Notes under the pieces: model-generated
Seen by the model: only the letters and a program-made list of their open reading frames with translations
What the model was told of the DNA's origin: nothing
Database searches by the model: none
In this document: positions 20,344-31,460 of the stretch, piece after piece
Numbering within the stretch: position 1 is the first letter of the stretch
How the letters are laid out: every line of letters starts with the position of its first letter
Position numbers and translations under genes: made by a program
Source of the DNA: Thermoplasmata archaeon
GTDB taxonomy: Archaea; Thermoplasmatota; Thermoplasmata; GCA-020350865
NCBI GenBank assembly: GCA_020348445.1
Contig: CP070751.1
Coordinates: forward strand, 2,297,406 to 2,361,405
DNA length: 64,000 nucleotides
Direction of reading: 5' to 3'

Positions 20344-20567
20344 ACAAAATTTACGTAAGAAAACTTTAGACTGGCTATACTTTCTCTTAAAGTCCCGAAT
20401 TCATCAATTAAACATTATATTAGCGCAAATTTTAGACCTTGATAATAGACCCGAAAAATACTTATCCAGTCATTCCATATAGGTCATGATAGGGTGGGAT
20501 TATGTTAACGCATTTTTCAACAAATCTCAATACCAAAGTGTCCGCTATCTTTTGTAGAAAATTTTAC

Positions 20568-23500
20568 ATGAAAAGTTTTAAAAAAAAGGAGTATAAGCCC
20601 CTAGAAAGTTACAGTTCAAAAGCAACACTTATTCTTACTTTTTTAATTTTAACATCGGCTTTTTCAGTGAGAATAGGAACTTCTGCATCTACACCATCGG
20701 GTATACGACTTTCATGGACCCAGAATGCCACCAACTCCACAATTGCAATCCTTTGGGAGACAGACAGTGCAGGCAACCCCAACGAGGTTCAGTACGGTCT
20801 CACTTCATCCTGTGAGATCGGCACGACATCTGGCTTCAGCTTTGCAGATTCATGGGGAGTCTATTATACACATCAGGTTGAACTTACAAGCCTCTCTCCA
20901 GACACGAAATATTTCTACAAGGTTTCGGGTGACAGTGGAGAATGGAGCTCAGTATATAACTTCACAACAGCCCCTGATTCATCAATCAACTGGACCTTCT
21001 TGGTTGCAGGTGATTCCAGGAGCAATTATGGTGATTGGGACAGTGTGGTTCAGGCCATGGCTGTGAACACAGAGGCACGTTTGCTCTTCTTCGGAGGCGA
21101 CATAATAAGCGACTTCGATACCCAAAGTCAGTGGTATGAATGGATGATCCCGGCCGAACCCCTTGTCTCTCATGTGCCTTTTATTTCATGTAAGGGCAAT
21201 CACGAGGACGACTCAACCGGAGATCCTTGGGACAATTATCTCAACACTTTCGCATTTCCCGGAAATGAAGATTACTTCTCTTTTGATTATGGAAATGCAC
21301 ATTTCATAGTGCTGAACTCGGAGGACACCACCAATTCCTCACAATTGTCATGGCTGGAAAGCGATCTTCAGGCCGCTTCATCGGACCCGTCGGACCCCTG
21401 GATATTTGTCACTTTCCATAAACCTCCTTATAGTTCGGGAGGACACGGTTCGGATCAGGACACCAGGGACAATTTCGTTCCCCTTTTCAGGGATTACGAT
21501 GTTGATATTGTATTTTCGGGGCACAATCATTTCTATCAGAGAACCTATCCACTTAACTGCTCGAATATTGACTTTCCAGTCATTTCCGATTATGTGAAGA
21601 ATTTCTACTATTATCCCGACCCATTATTTGTAATAGCAGGAAGGGCAGGGGCTGGATCAAGGGAACCGAATAACGACCCAGGCTGGTTCGTTGAAGAAAC
21701 CATGACCTCTGAACTTCACTACATGAAGATCGATGTTTATACCAATGGAAGCGTTCATGCCACTGCAAGATACACCGACAATACCATATTCGATGACTTC
21801 TGGATAATAAAACACGGCACAGCTCCTCCTCGCACTCCACCCCCTCAACCTCCTGAACAGATTCATATCGCCACAACAGGTGATACTACTGAAATGGTTG
21901 TAACGTGGGTGACCCGGGGCTCAACCCCAAATTCCACAGTTGAATACGGGACGTCTTCGGGATTATACGATTATTCAACCCATGGAAGCAACCATACATA
22001 CACTGATGGTGGTTGGGTCGGGCAGATCCATGATGTGGTTCTCACAGGACTTTTACCTGACACAGAGTATTTCTACAGGGTTGGTGATGAATCACTTGGA
22101 TGGAGTTCGGAATTTAACTTCACAACTCCTCCTGATTATCATAAAAATGTATCATTTGCAGCCTATGCTGACCATGGTCAGAGTTCCAATGCTCAAGCCA
22201 CAACTGCCAATATCATAGCAGATTCATCAATTGATCTCATTGTTCATGCTGGTGATCTTTCCTATGCAAACGGCAACCAGCCTGAATGGGACATCTGGTT
22301 CAATCAGATAGAGGAGAACGTTGCAAGAAAACCCTACATGATAGTAGCAGGCAATCATGAATTAGTTTATGATATAAATGCAACTCTTGCGCGATTTAAT
22401 ATGCCCTATTTACAATCAGGATCAGATTCAGAATTTTATTACAGCTTCAATTACTCCATGATTCATTTTGTAGCAATATGTTCTGATGTTGATTACTCTA
22501 TAGGCAGTGAGCAATATAACTGGTTGGTTGATGATTTAGCAGCAGCAGATTCAGATAGAGTTGTTCATCCTTGGATTATAGCATTTTCACATCGACCAAT
22601 GTACAGCTCCAATACCCAACATGGGAGTGATTTATCTTTTAGAAGTGACATAGAACCGTTGCTTGATTTATACAGTGTGGATCTCGCAATTTGGGGACAT
22701 GATCATGCATATGAGAGAACGTATCCAACATATCAGGAGATACCATCAGATACTGATCCGAGACTCTATATCAGCCCCATAGATACGATCCATATGGTGG
22801 CAGGTATGGGGGGTGCCCAGCTTTACACCGGCTGGAATAACCCCCAACCAGATTGGTCGACTTATCGGGAGGCTGATTGGGGTTATGTTAGAGTTACAGT
22901 GGATACGGATGGAAATCTTCATTCTGAATTCATCCGCAACGTTGATGGTAAGGTCCGTGATGAATTCTGGATAGTAAAGGAAGGAGTTATCCCTCCCTTG
23001 CCTCCAATCACCGAGGATATCACATTGATACCAAGAGGTGCTAATTGGCGCTACAATGAAACAGATCCTCAACCTGTAACAAGTCCGAACTGGAACCAGT
23101 CAGGTTACGATGATAGTGGATGGCTAACAGGGGATGCTCCCTTTGGATTTGGTGAATCCGTAACGTATGGAACCGAACTCAATGATAATGATGGAAGCTA
23201 CTACTTCAGAAAGACTTTTGAAATCGAATCGGTGGATGATTTCGTATCCTTGACCCTGTATGTAGCCTCGGATAACGATGCCATGGTCTATCTTAACGGA
23301 ATTTTAGTGGATGATGATTCAGGGGCCAATCATGAATTCGAATACTGGAACCGAGCAGTGGAAATCCCTCTTAGTGCTCTTCAGGAAGGTACCAACATCA
23401 TCGCCGCCTTTGTTTATAACACCGCCGGATCATCAGATGCATACTTTGATCTGAAACTGGAAGGCGAGGTTATTACAGATGATGGAACCACTTTAACTCT

Positions 23501-24680
23501 ACAGCCAGGCTGGAACTTGATTTCCCTTCCCTATATTCAGTACATTGCCGATGTAGACACTGTCTTCTCCTCCATATCAGGATCATATGACTCAGTTCAA
23601 TGTTATGATGCATTCGACAAAAGCGATCCCTGGAAACATGACAATATCCATAAACCATCCAATTTAAATGATCTCAAGATAGCCAATCATACCAAGGGGA
23701 TCTGGATACATATCACTGATTCAGTGGAAGTGCCTTTCGATGTCCCGGGTCATCGGGCCACTGAGGACCAGACAGTTGCACTATATCCCGGGTGGAACCT
23801 GGTCGGTTATCCTTCCTTAATCAGCTGTAATAGAACCGAGGGCCTAAACAATACACTATTTGGAACCCATGTAAACAAGATTATATGGTACAATTCATCC
23901 ACTGGAAAATGGCATAGCATGGGTGAGAACGATTATTTCGAGGTTGGAAGAGGTTACTATATCCACGCTTTAACATACCATGTATGGAAAATGAAATATG
24001 CACATATTCCACGTATACGCATTTCCGTTCCTGCATACTTCTCCCCTGGACCATTATGGGATCAGGCAATCTCTGACGCTCCAGCAACAGCTATCATGAT
24101 CATGAATCCATCAAACGGTCCCGGCTCTTCATTTGATCAAACCATTGCCGATACAGTGGCCCAGGCACAGGATAAGGGAATAAAGGTCCTTGGCTATGTT
24201 TATACTCAATACGGTGGCCGGAATTCAGCTGTCGTCAAGGCAGATATCGACAACTACACCGCTTGGTATAGTGTGGACGGTATATTCGAGGATGAGGTAT
24301 CCAATGATGCAGTTGATTTAGCCTATTATCAAGACTTGGCAAATTACATCAGATCTGGTTCAGGCTCCTTCATCATGCTCAATCCCGGAACAGTTCCCGA
24401 TGAACAGTACATGGATGTGGGGGATGTCGTGGTGGTCTTCGAAGGAACTTACGCCAGTTACGCAGGTGCGAGTTTTCCGTCATGGCTCGATAACTATCCC
24501 CGCACACGATTTTCGCACCTCGTCTATGATACCGCCCTCGCAGATTTTCAAGATGCTTGGTCATTGGCTTTGAACCATACAGTGGGCTATGCCTATATAA
24601 CAGACGACGTTGCACCCAATCCATGGGATACTCTCCCGAGTTATTGGGACCTGGAGGTTGATGCTAGCAATAATTCCTGA
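20568..24680 (+). CDS. Secreted multidomain protein: two purple acid phosphatase units, beta-sandwich, GWNLISLP module, C-terminal spherulin-4/GH135-like domain
   Basis: Twice FN3-like + metallophosphoesterase motifs (GD, GNHE, (F/S)H.P.YSS, GH.H.Y.R); C-terminal 'VPAYF.PG..W...NP.NGPG...GYV.T.YG...DGIF.DE'. Start likely ATG 20568 rather than 20502. Confidence 0.88.
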   Translation: MKSFKKKEYKPLESYSSKATLILTFLILTSAFSVRIGTSASTPSGIRLSWTQNATNSTIAILWETDSAGNPNEVQYGLTSSCEIGTTSGFSFADSWGVYYTHQVELTSLSPDTKYFYKVSGDSGEWSSVYNFTTAPDSSINWTFLVAGDSRSNYGDWDSVVQAMAVNTEARLLFFGGDIISDFDTQSQWYEWMIPAEPLVSHVPFISCKGNHEDDSTGDPWDNYLNTFAFPGNEDYFSFDYGNAHFIVLNSEDTTNSSQLSWLESDLQAASSDPSDPWIFVTFHKPPYSSGGHGSDQDTRDNFVPLFRDYDVDIVFSGHNHFYQRTYPLNCSNIDFPVISDYVKNFYYYPDPLFVIAGRAGAGSREPNNDPGWFVEETMTSELHYMKIDVYTNGSVHATARYTDNTIFDDFWIIKHGTAPPRTPPPQPPEQIHIATTGDTTEMVVTWVTRGSTPNSTVEYGTSSGLYDYSTHGSNHTYTDGGWVGQIHDVVLTGLLPDTEYFYRVGDESLGWSSEFNFTTPPDYHKNVSFAAYADHGQSSNAQATTANIIADSSIDLIVHAGDLSYANGNQPEWDIWFNQIEENVARKPYMIVAGNHELVYDINATLARFNMPYLQSGSDSEFYYSFNYSMIHFVAICSDVDYSIGSEQYNWLVDDLAAADSDRVVHPWIIAFSHRPMYSSNTQHGSDLSFRSDIEPLLDLYSVDLAIWGHDHAYERTYPTYQEIPSDTDPRLYISPIDTIHMVAGMGGAQLYTGWNNPQPDWSTYREADWGYVRVTVDTDGNLHSEFIRNVDGKVRDEFWIVKEGVIPPLPPITEDITLIPRGANWRYNETDPQPVTSPNWNQSGYDDSGWLTGDAPFGFGESVTYGTELNDNDGSYYFRKTFEIESVDDFVSLTLYVASDNDAMVYLNGILVDDDSGANHEFEYWNRAVEIPLSALQEGTNIIAAFVYNTAGSSDAYFDLKLEGEVITDDGTTLTLQPGWNLISLPYIQYIADVDTVFSSISGSYDSVQCYDAFDKSDPWKHDNIHKPSNLNDLKIANHTKGIWIHITDSVEVPFDVPGHRATEDQTVALYPGWNLVGYPSLISCNRTEGLNNTLFGTHVNKIIWYNSSTGKWHSMGENDYFEVGRGYYIHALTYHVWKMKYAHIPRIRISVPAYFSPGPLWDQAISDAPATAIMIMNPSNGPGSSFDQTIADTVAQAQDKGIKVLGYVYTQYGGRNSAVVKADIDNYTAWYSVDGIFEDEVSNDAVDLAYYQDLANYIRSGSGSFIMLNPGTVPDEQYMDVGDVVVVFEGTYASYAGASFPSWLDNYPRTRFSHLVYDTALADFQDAWSLALNHTVGYAYITDDVAPNPWDTLPSYWDLEVDASNNS

Positions 24681-24805
24681 GGTGTGGTGTTATGTTTACC
24701 TCAACAAAACCACGTGATAGGATGGATTTTCTTATATCTCGTAATGATAATAGGAACATAAGATATATAAACAGATTTTGTAATATTTTTATATCTATGG
24801 GGATT

Positions 24806-27187
24806 ATGGTAAGGCGATCTTTGAAATTTCAAATAGTATGCATAATCGTGTTGTTAATGATTACTTCGGAAGTTCCACTGAGAGTGGAAACAGTCGCAGC
24901 CGAACCACCGCTGCAGCTGGAGCATGGGGAGGGAAATTTCACCTATGAAGACGATGGCGGGAATATCGACAAGCCAGTAAGGGTATTCTATATATATCCG
25001 GAGACCTTCGATACCACCGATGATCCCAGGATCGTGTTCGTTCTCCATGGCTATTATCGGGATGCGGAGAAGAGGGTGCGAGGGTACCGCCCCTACCCCC
25101 ACCTGTACGATGCTCTATTCCTTTTTCCAGAGTTCACAACCGACGACTGGCCCGATTCGCAGCACTACCACGAGGGGAATGTCCTGGCGGACAACGGTAC
25201 CATGAATCCCAGGGCCGATTGGAGCTACAGCACCATTTTGGAGATATTTTACCAGGTGGTAGCCTCCGTTCCAAATCCTCCCGATACATTCGACATACAG
25301 GGGCACTCCGCAGGGGCTTATGTCGCACACAGGATGGCATTCCTTATGGATGAGGCTCCCTTCGGTCACATCGTTGTGGCAAATGCTGGCTGTTATCTCC
25401 TTCCGACCTATGATGAACCTTACCCTGACGGCATTGCGGACATGGATATCTCAACCGCTGACCTTGCCCTCGCCTTTTCCAGAGACCTGACCCTCACCCT
25501 GGGAACCTTGGACAATGACCCAGATGCACCTCTTCTGAGCCATACAGAGTGGGCTGAAGCCCAGGGGCCCCATCGCTTTGCCCGGGGGCACTATTTCTAT
25601 AATTATTGCAAAAATCTGGCCGCGAACCTCAGTCTGCCATTCAGGTGGAAGCTGGTAGAGGTCGAGGGTGTCGGTCATAGCCCTAACGCTATGGCTCCGT
25701 CTGCGATTGAGGCCATCTTCGGAAGCCATTCAAGGAACTTCACCCCACTGGATGACGCTCACATAAAGTATAATAATAACAACTATGGCGATGAACCGGT
25801 GATACAGGTGGATGCGGACTTCGGGATGAGGGCTTTTCTGAAATTCGATCTCACATCTCTTGCGGACGTCCAGATCAAGTTCGCAGCCCTGCGGCTCAAT
25901 GTCACCGACTCCAGCGAGGGAATACAGTTTGTGCACTTTGTACCGGACAACAACTGGAGCGAGGACACACTCACAAATGATACCAAACCTGATTTTGCCG
26001 AGCAGGTATCCACCGGATATGGTGGCATCGAATATATCACCACGGTCATGCGCCTCACGGAGTTCGTCCGGACCCATCAAGGAGATGTGGTGTCGTTGTA
26101 CATGGAGACAAACTCCTCTGATGGATTCTATTTCTCATCCAAGGAGGCGGGTCATGCACCCGAGATTCTGATATGGGAGGTGGAGGAACCGCCACAAACC
26201 GAAACATTCACACTTATTCAAGCAGGTGATGGCTGGTCCTACAGTGAGGTTGATCCCCAACCTGATCCAGACTGGAACGTGCCTCTATTCAATGATAGTG
26301 CATGGTCAAGTGGACCAGCGCCTTTTGGATTCGGGGATCCCATAACCTACGGAACCGTTCTCAATGATAATGATGGAAGTTACTACTTCCGAAAGACCTT
26401 TTATATAGATCCTGGTGTTGAATACGAAAACCTAACAGTCTATGTGGCCTCGAACAACTATGCCATGGTCTATCTGAACGGCATCCTGGTGGACGATGAC
26501 TCAGGTGCCAATCACGAATTCGAATACTGGAACAGGGTGGTGACCATTCCCGGAGATTACCTTCTTAAAGGGACCAATACCATTGCCGCTTATGTATACA
26601 ACAACGTAAGCTCACTGAATGTGTTTTTCGATCTTAGGTTAGACGGCGAGATCATTGTAAATCATCGGCCTACCATTACCCTTCATCCCGGATGGAACCT
26701 GATATCACTTCCCTGTGTTCAAATTAACGCAGATATTGATACAGTTTTCTCCTCAATTTCGGGATCGTACAATGCGATCCAATGTTATGATGTTCTGGAC
26801 GCGGAAGATCCCTGGAAACATTACCACATTGATAAACCATCTCATTTGAATGACCTTCATGAGGTCCATAATGATATGGGAATCTGGATACACATCACTG
26901 ATTCTGAGGATGTTCTTTTTGAGGTCCCTGGGATTCTACCAACCGAGGGACAAACAGTCACCCTAAAACCTGGCTGGAATCTTGTTGGTTATCCAAGGTT
27001 GACAAATTCAACTAGAACTGAAGGTCTCAATAACACAGTGTTCGGAACCCATATCAACATGATAATGCGTTTCGATACGACTTCCGGTAATTGGGGGAAC
27101 GTAGCTGTGGACGATATTTTCGAGGTGGGAAGGGGATACTGGGTCCATTCTCTGACCTCTCATGTATGGAAATTGAAACTTGATTAA
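24806..27187 (+). CDS. Secreted alpha/beta-hydrolase with DNRLRE/CBM96-like domain, beta-sandwich and C-terminal GWNLISLP module
   Basis: Nucleophile elbow GHSAG and His in 'EGVGH'; 'DDAHI...NYG...RAFLKFDL'; beta-sandwich shared with 20568-24680. Start uncertain (24692/24797/24806). Confidence 0.8.
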   Translation: MVRRSLKFQIVCIIVLLMITSEVPLRVETVAAEPPLQLEHGEGNFTYEDDGGNIDKPVRVFYIYPETFDTTDDPRIVFVLHGYYRDAEKRVRGYRPYPHLYDALFLFPEFTTDDWPDSQHYHEGNVLADNGTMNPRADWSYSTILEIFYQVVASVPNPPDTFDIQGHSAGAYVAHRMAFLMDEAPFGHIVVANAGCYLLPTYDEPYPDGIADMDISTADLALAFSRDLTLTLGTLDNDPDAPLLSHTEWAEAQGPHRFARGHYFYNYCKNLAANLSLPFRWKLVEVEGVGHSPNAMAPSAIEAIFGSHSRNFTPLDDAHIKYNNNNYGDEPVIQVDADFGMRAFLKFDLTSLADVQIKFAALRLNVTDSSEGIQFVHFVPDNNWSEDTLTNDTKPDFAEQVSTGYGGIEYITTVMRLTEFVRTHQGDVVSLYMETNSSDGFYFSSKEAGHAPEILIWEVEEPPQTETFTLIQAGDGWSYSEVDPQPDPDWNVPLFNDSAWSSGPAPFGFGDPITYGTVLNDNDGSYYFRKTFYIDPGVEYENLTVYVASNNYAMVYLNGILVDDDSGANHEFEYWNRVVTIPGDYLLKGTNTIAAYVYNNVSSLNVFFDLRLDGEIIVNHRPTITLHPGWNLISLPCVQINADIDTVFSSISGSYNAIQCYDVLDAEDPWKHYHIDKPSHLNDLHEVHNDMGIWIHITDSEDVLFEVPGILPTEGQTVTLKPGWNLVGYPRLTNSTRTEGLNNTVFGTHINMIMRFDTTSGNWGNVAVDDIFEVGRGYWVHSLTSHVWKLKLD

Positions 27188-27332
27188 TCCCATCTCAGTC
27201 ACCTTTTCGTGGGACAAACTAAATATAATATATTCATTTATAAATTCTTAGAAATTAATTAGCTTGAAAGGGAACTAAAATATAGATGATTTGATTTATA
27301 CAAAAAAAGAATAAGGGAAATAGTAAGGGCCA

Positions 27333-28538
27333 GTGAATAAAATGGAAATGGAACATTTTGTACCACTAACAAAAGCGGAGCTGGTAAATGAACTTGAATC
27401 AGAATTACCCACGGAGATTCAACCTCGGTTCCGTCAATTCGCCAACTTACTTTCCTCCACAATTCATAATGATTTTCATAAAAACCTGGAAGATCTAAAG
27501 GAATCGTACAGGCCCTTTGATCCCGATCCCGATGTTCCCATAAGAAATCCTGTGAAGGATCCCGATGACACTCAATTTATGAAACGCCTTGATTATCTTC
27601 TTAAGAAGGCCAACTTTAAGAAGTTGGGTGAAAAAGAACTCAACCACGCACTTACCACTCACTCGCTATATTCAAGAAGTGTGGATGTGAACCTATCAGA
27701 ACTTGATGAATGGGCACTTTATCACCGTGGCCTTTCAAGAAGGATTCATAAAATAAAAAGCTGGAAAACCCTCTTTCGACAGCGGAGGCTCGAGGTGGAA
27801 AGCTATGATCGTCTGGTTCTTGCCATCAGGTTCACACCCGGTTTTATTGCCAGCTCTGAAGAGCGGCGCAATGCCCTGGATTCGGATCATATCTATATCA
27901 AGTACTTTAGGAATGTTCCCCTAAATGACCTCGAGATGGTGTTTCCAAACACCAGCTACCACATGTCCATTTGGGACAAAATAAAGGTTGCAGTGCCCAC
28001 ACTGGGTGCAGCAGTTCTGGCTGCGGGAAGGGTGCTGCCTGTGATTTTAGCAGTGGCAGGAGGCGTTGCGGGGGCATCCATGGGCGGCCTTGAAATGGCA
28101 GCAGTTGGAGGTGCACTTGGTGCCCTTATCGGAATCGCCTTTCGGGCGTACATCAACTACAAGAACGCACGCATCACTTATATGCAGGCCCTGACCGAGG
28201 GATTGTACTTCAAAATACTGGATAGCAATGCAGGTGTTTTCCACCGCCTTTTGGATGCTGCAGAAGAGGAGGAGGTAAAGGAGGCACTTTTGGCGCAGCA
28301 TTTTCTAAGGGCAGCTCCTTTAAGTGAATCAGAACTTGATGGTGCTGTTGAGGGATGGTTCAAAAAGAAAAAAATTCCCTTTGATTTCGAGGTTGATGAC
28401 GGACTTGCCAAGCTCTATCGTCTGGGGCTGGCCAGAGAGGACAAGGGAAAATGGAGTGTTATTGATTTGAAGGATGCAATAATTCATTTGGACGAAAAGT
28501 GGGATGCTTTATTCAATCCTACAACTGATTTAAAGTGA
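27333..28538 (+). CDS. TMEM143/DUF3754 family membrane protein
   Basis: 'F.P.TKAELV', 'YIKYFRNVP..DLEMVFPN', two TM segments, 'LYFK.LDSNAGV...L.D.AEEEE.KEALLA..FL'. Confidence 0.8.
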   Translation: MNKMEMEHFVPLTKAELVNELESELPTEIQPRFRQFANLLSSTIHNDFHKNLEDLKESYRPFDPDPDVPIRNPVKDPDDTQFMKRLDYLLKKANFKKLGEKELNHALTTHSLYSRSVDVNLSELDEWALYHRGLSRRIHKIKSWKTLFRQRRLEVESYDRLVLAIRFTPGFIASSEERRNALDSDHIYIKYFRNVPLNDLEMVFPNTSYHMSIWDKIKVAVPTLGAAVLAAGRVLPVILAVAGGVAGASMGGLEMAAVGGALGALIGIAFRAYINYKNARITYMQALTEGLYFKILDSNAGVFHRLLDAAEEEEVKEALLAQHFLRAAPLSESELDGAVEGWFKKKKIPFDFEVDDGLAKLYRLGLAREDKGKWSVIDLKDAIIHLDEKWDALFNPTTDLK

Positions 28539-28609
28539 TTTGAAGTTCATGTAAAAATAACTCCGTTGGCATAAGCCTAATACCGTTAAGTATAGATACC
28601 AAAGATGAA

Positions 28610-29305
28610 TTGCATACTAAGATAGAAGGAGGTGGAAATATTTCGAAAGATAACAAGATTAAGATCACCAAAGACGGTCCCTATATTGTTAAAAACGCAA
28701 TCCCCCTCATGAAAATGAAAATTGTAGTAAATTCAGAGGGAGATGGAATTGACTGGAAGATTGGGAAAAAATACCCCTTACAAAAAAACATTGCCCTCTG
28801 CAGATGTGGAGAGTCCCGCAACAAGCCATATTGTGATGGGACCCATGAGAAAATCGATTTTGATGGAACTGAAACCGCAGACAAAAGCCCCTATCTCGAC
28901 CTGGCCTTGGTGTATGATGGTCCAACCTTGAAGTTGACTGATGTGGAGGAGATATGTGCAGCCTCACGGTTTTGCGCACCTGAGGGAGGAACATGGGAGC
29001 TCACAGAACGCTCAGATGATCCCAAGGCTAGGAAACTTGCGATCCAACAAACTGCAAACTGTCCGTCCGGCCGCCTTGCGATTTGGGAAAATGAGACCGG
29101 CGAGGAAATCGAGCCTGAATTGAAGCCCTCCCTAGGATTGGTTGAAGATCCTCATAAAAATGCCAGTGGACCGATCTGTGTGCGGGGGAAAGTTCCCATC
29201 GAATCTGCTGACGGTTTCACATACGAGATTCGCAACCGCGTTACCCTGTGCAGATGCGGCAAGTCATCCAATAAACCGTTTTGCGATGCTAGCCATCTCG
29301 ATTGA
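28610..29305 (+). CDS. CDGSH iron-sulfur domain protein (two CDGSH-type motifs around a Fe-S-like central domain)
   Basis: 'LCRCGESRNKPYCDGTH' and 'LCRCGKSSNKPFCDASH'; central C..SRFC...CPSGRL. True start may be ATT 28640 (see findings). Confidence 0.88.
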   Translation: MHTKIEGGGNISKDNKIKITKDGPYIVKNAIPLMKMKIVVNSEGDGIDWKIGKKYPLQKNIALCRCGESRNKPYCDGTHEKIDFDGTETADKSPYLDLALVYDGPTLKLTDVEEICAASRFCAPEGGTWELTERSDDPKARKLAIQQTANCPSGRLAIWENETGEEIEPELKPSLGLVEDPHKNASGPICVRGKVPIESADGFTYEIRNRVTLCRCGKSSNKPFCDASHLD

Positions 29306-29634
29306 TAGCTAATGATGGGAGTCTTTTTTGACTTGTGATGAGTGAGGTGGTTGAGGAAACTAAAGATGGGAGGGGATCGAGGTATGAGGATGGATATCTA
29401 AAGATGGGTCCAAATGGGGCTTGGTTCTTAAATATATTCCATATACCATTGGTCACGGGACATCCCTGGGCAATCCCGCAGAAGGCATATTTTTACATTC
29501 TCCCATCTTTAAATCAAGGATTATAGAATATAATTAAAAGTTAAAAATATTATCAATTTATTACAAAAAAATATTAACAATTCGAAAGAAATAAATATCC
29601 AGAATTCATTTACGATTTTTATTGGAGGGAGACT

Positions 29635-29726
29635 AAGGAGTAGGTGGAATAAGATAACCGAGGACTTGAATTTATCGAAGTCATGAACTAATTTCAATCG
29701 TCTTTTTATCTTTTTTCACTTTCCTT
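29635..29726 (+). promoter_or_regulatory. Conserved structured 5' leader (copy 1)
   Basis: GTGGAATAAGATAA (29644-57) pairs with TTATCTTTTTTCAC (29706-19); inner GACTT/AAGTC hairpin; near-identical to 41744-41835. Confidence 0.55.
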
Positions 29727-29763
29727 TTGTTGAACCTTTAAATAAATCAGGAGGGAGTAAGAT

Positions 29764-31434
29764 ATGAGATCAAAGAAGACAAGTATAATGTTAGTAATAG
29801 TTATGATCGCCACTGTGTTTGCAGTGGCCGTGTCTGGGAGTGCGGAAGGAACAATTCCAGATGGAATGGTTTCCTATTGGAGATTGGATGAAGGGGGTGG
29901 AGGGATTGCAGGAGATTCTGCAGATGCGAATGATGGGAACCTAAAACCTATTACTGGTCCATCTTGGACAACAGGTAAAGTTGGAGGTGCGCTGAGCCTT
30001 GATGGTCTGGATAATTATGTAAATTGCGGGAATGATGCAAGTTTGGCAATTACTGGGAGTCTCAGTATTGAAGCCTGGATTAAACCAAATGTGGCAACAG
30101 ATAAGTATCAAATTGTAAGTAAGTGGGATAATGTTGCTGGTGGAAGATCTTATTGGTTGGATATTGGTCAAAATAATCTAAGATTTTACATATCCAGTGA
30201 TGGATCAAGTGGTGATGGAATCGCATATACAATTAATGCGGGACAATGGCAACATGTTGTTGGAACGTTCAGGGATTCTGACAATCTACTCAGTTTGTAT
30301 ATAAATTCTGCAAACGTTATTTCAAAAACATCCACCCAGAATTCCATTTACAGCAGTTCAGTAGATGTTTTAATTGGTGCATTACATGTAACTGGTTCTC
30401 CTGGTAGATTTTTCGATGGTCTAATCGACGAAACTCGAATATATAGCAGAGCATTAACTGCAGCTGAAATACAGGAGCATTATAATGGAATCTTTAACAA
30501 TAATGCTGATCTGGCAGGCCTGTGGCATTTTGATGACGCTTCTGACAATATTGCGACAGATTCTTCAAGTAATAATAACCATGGAATTTTATTACCATCT
30601 GGTCCAACATGGACAACTGGTATAGTTGATGATGCGTTAAGCTTCGATGGTGTGGATGATTATGTAAAAACTCCAAATCTTGGTCTAACTGGTTCGTTTA
30701 GTGCTGAGTTCTGGTTTAAGCCGGATTCTTTCCCGCCTTATGGCCAATATTCTGAAATGATACTCAGCGATATTTGGGATGATGAAACTTCCACATGGTC
30801 ATCAGATGGTTTTTACATCGGATTTAGAAAATGGGAACCTACTCAACTTACATTCCAAATAAGAACTAATTTGAATCATATTACCTCCTCAACAACCTTA
30901 TCCTCTGGACAATGGTACCACGCAGCTTTTACACATGATGCAGATACCACCATATCAAAGATATACATAAATGGAGTAGAGGATGCAAGTGGTTCTGGTG
31001 GTAATTTTGTGGATTCCACTTTACCTCTAAAGATTGGAGCTGACCAGCTCTTTCTACCACATTATTTTGATGGTGATCTTGACGAAGTCGCAATCTGGGA
31101 TAAAGCCTTAACATCTGATGAGGTTTTACTACATTACACCAACGGACTCATTGGAAAAGACTATTGCTATGTACCACCGGACCTAGCCATCCAAAACCTG
31201 TTCCAGGAAATCGGGGAAGAAAATCTACCACAAGGCACTGAGAACAGCCTTTTAGTAAAACTGGATTCAGCACTCGAATCTCTGGAGAACGGTGAGGATA
31301 AAGAGGCAATGAACGTATTAAATGCCTTCATAAATGCCGTGGAGGCACAGAGAGGAAAGAAGCTCACAGACGCGCAGGCTGATGAGCTGATTGCAGCTGC
31401 AGAGGACATAATAACGACTATAAATGAGAGCTGA
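29764..31434 (+). CDS. Secreted protein with two LamG domains and a C-terminal helical (FIMAH-like) domain
   Basis: Signal peptide; 'MVSYWRLDE', 'LAGLWHFD', 'W.H....','G.IDE..IY'; C-terminal 'SLL.KL..A..SL...A.N...AFIN.VEAQRGKKLTDAQADELIAAAE'. Confidence 0.88.
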   Translation: MRSKKTSIMLVIVMIATVFAVAVSGSAEGTIPDGMVSYWRLDEGGGGIAGDSADANDGNLKPITGPSWTTGKVGGALSLDGLDNYVNCGNDASLAITGSLSIEAWIKPNVATDKYQIVSKWDNVAGGRSYWLDIGQNNLRFYISSDGSSGDGIAYTINAGQWQHVVGTFRDSDNLLSLYINSANVISKTSTQNSIYSSSVDVLIGALHVTGSPGRFFDGLIDETRIYSRALTAAEIQEHYNGIFNNNADLAGLWHFDDASDNIATDSSSNNNHGILLPSGPTWTTGIVDDALSFDGVDDYVKTPNLGLTGSFSAEFWFKPDSFPPYGQYSEMILSDIWDDETSTWSSDGFYIGFRKWEPTQLTFQIRTNLNHITSSTTLSSGQWYHAAFTHDADTTISKIYINGVEDASGSGGNFVDSTLPLKIGADQLFLPHYFDGDLDEVAIWDKALTSDEVLLHYTNGLIGKDYCYVPPDLAIQNLFQEIGEENLPQGTENSLLVKLDSALESLENGEDKEAMNVLNAFINAVEAQRGKKLTDAQADELIAAAEDIITTINES

Positions 31435-31460
31435 GCCTAGGTAAAACAGATTGCTTAGTA

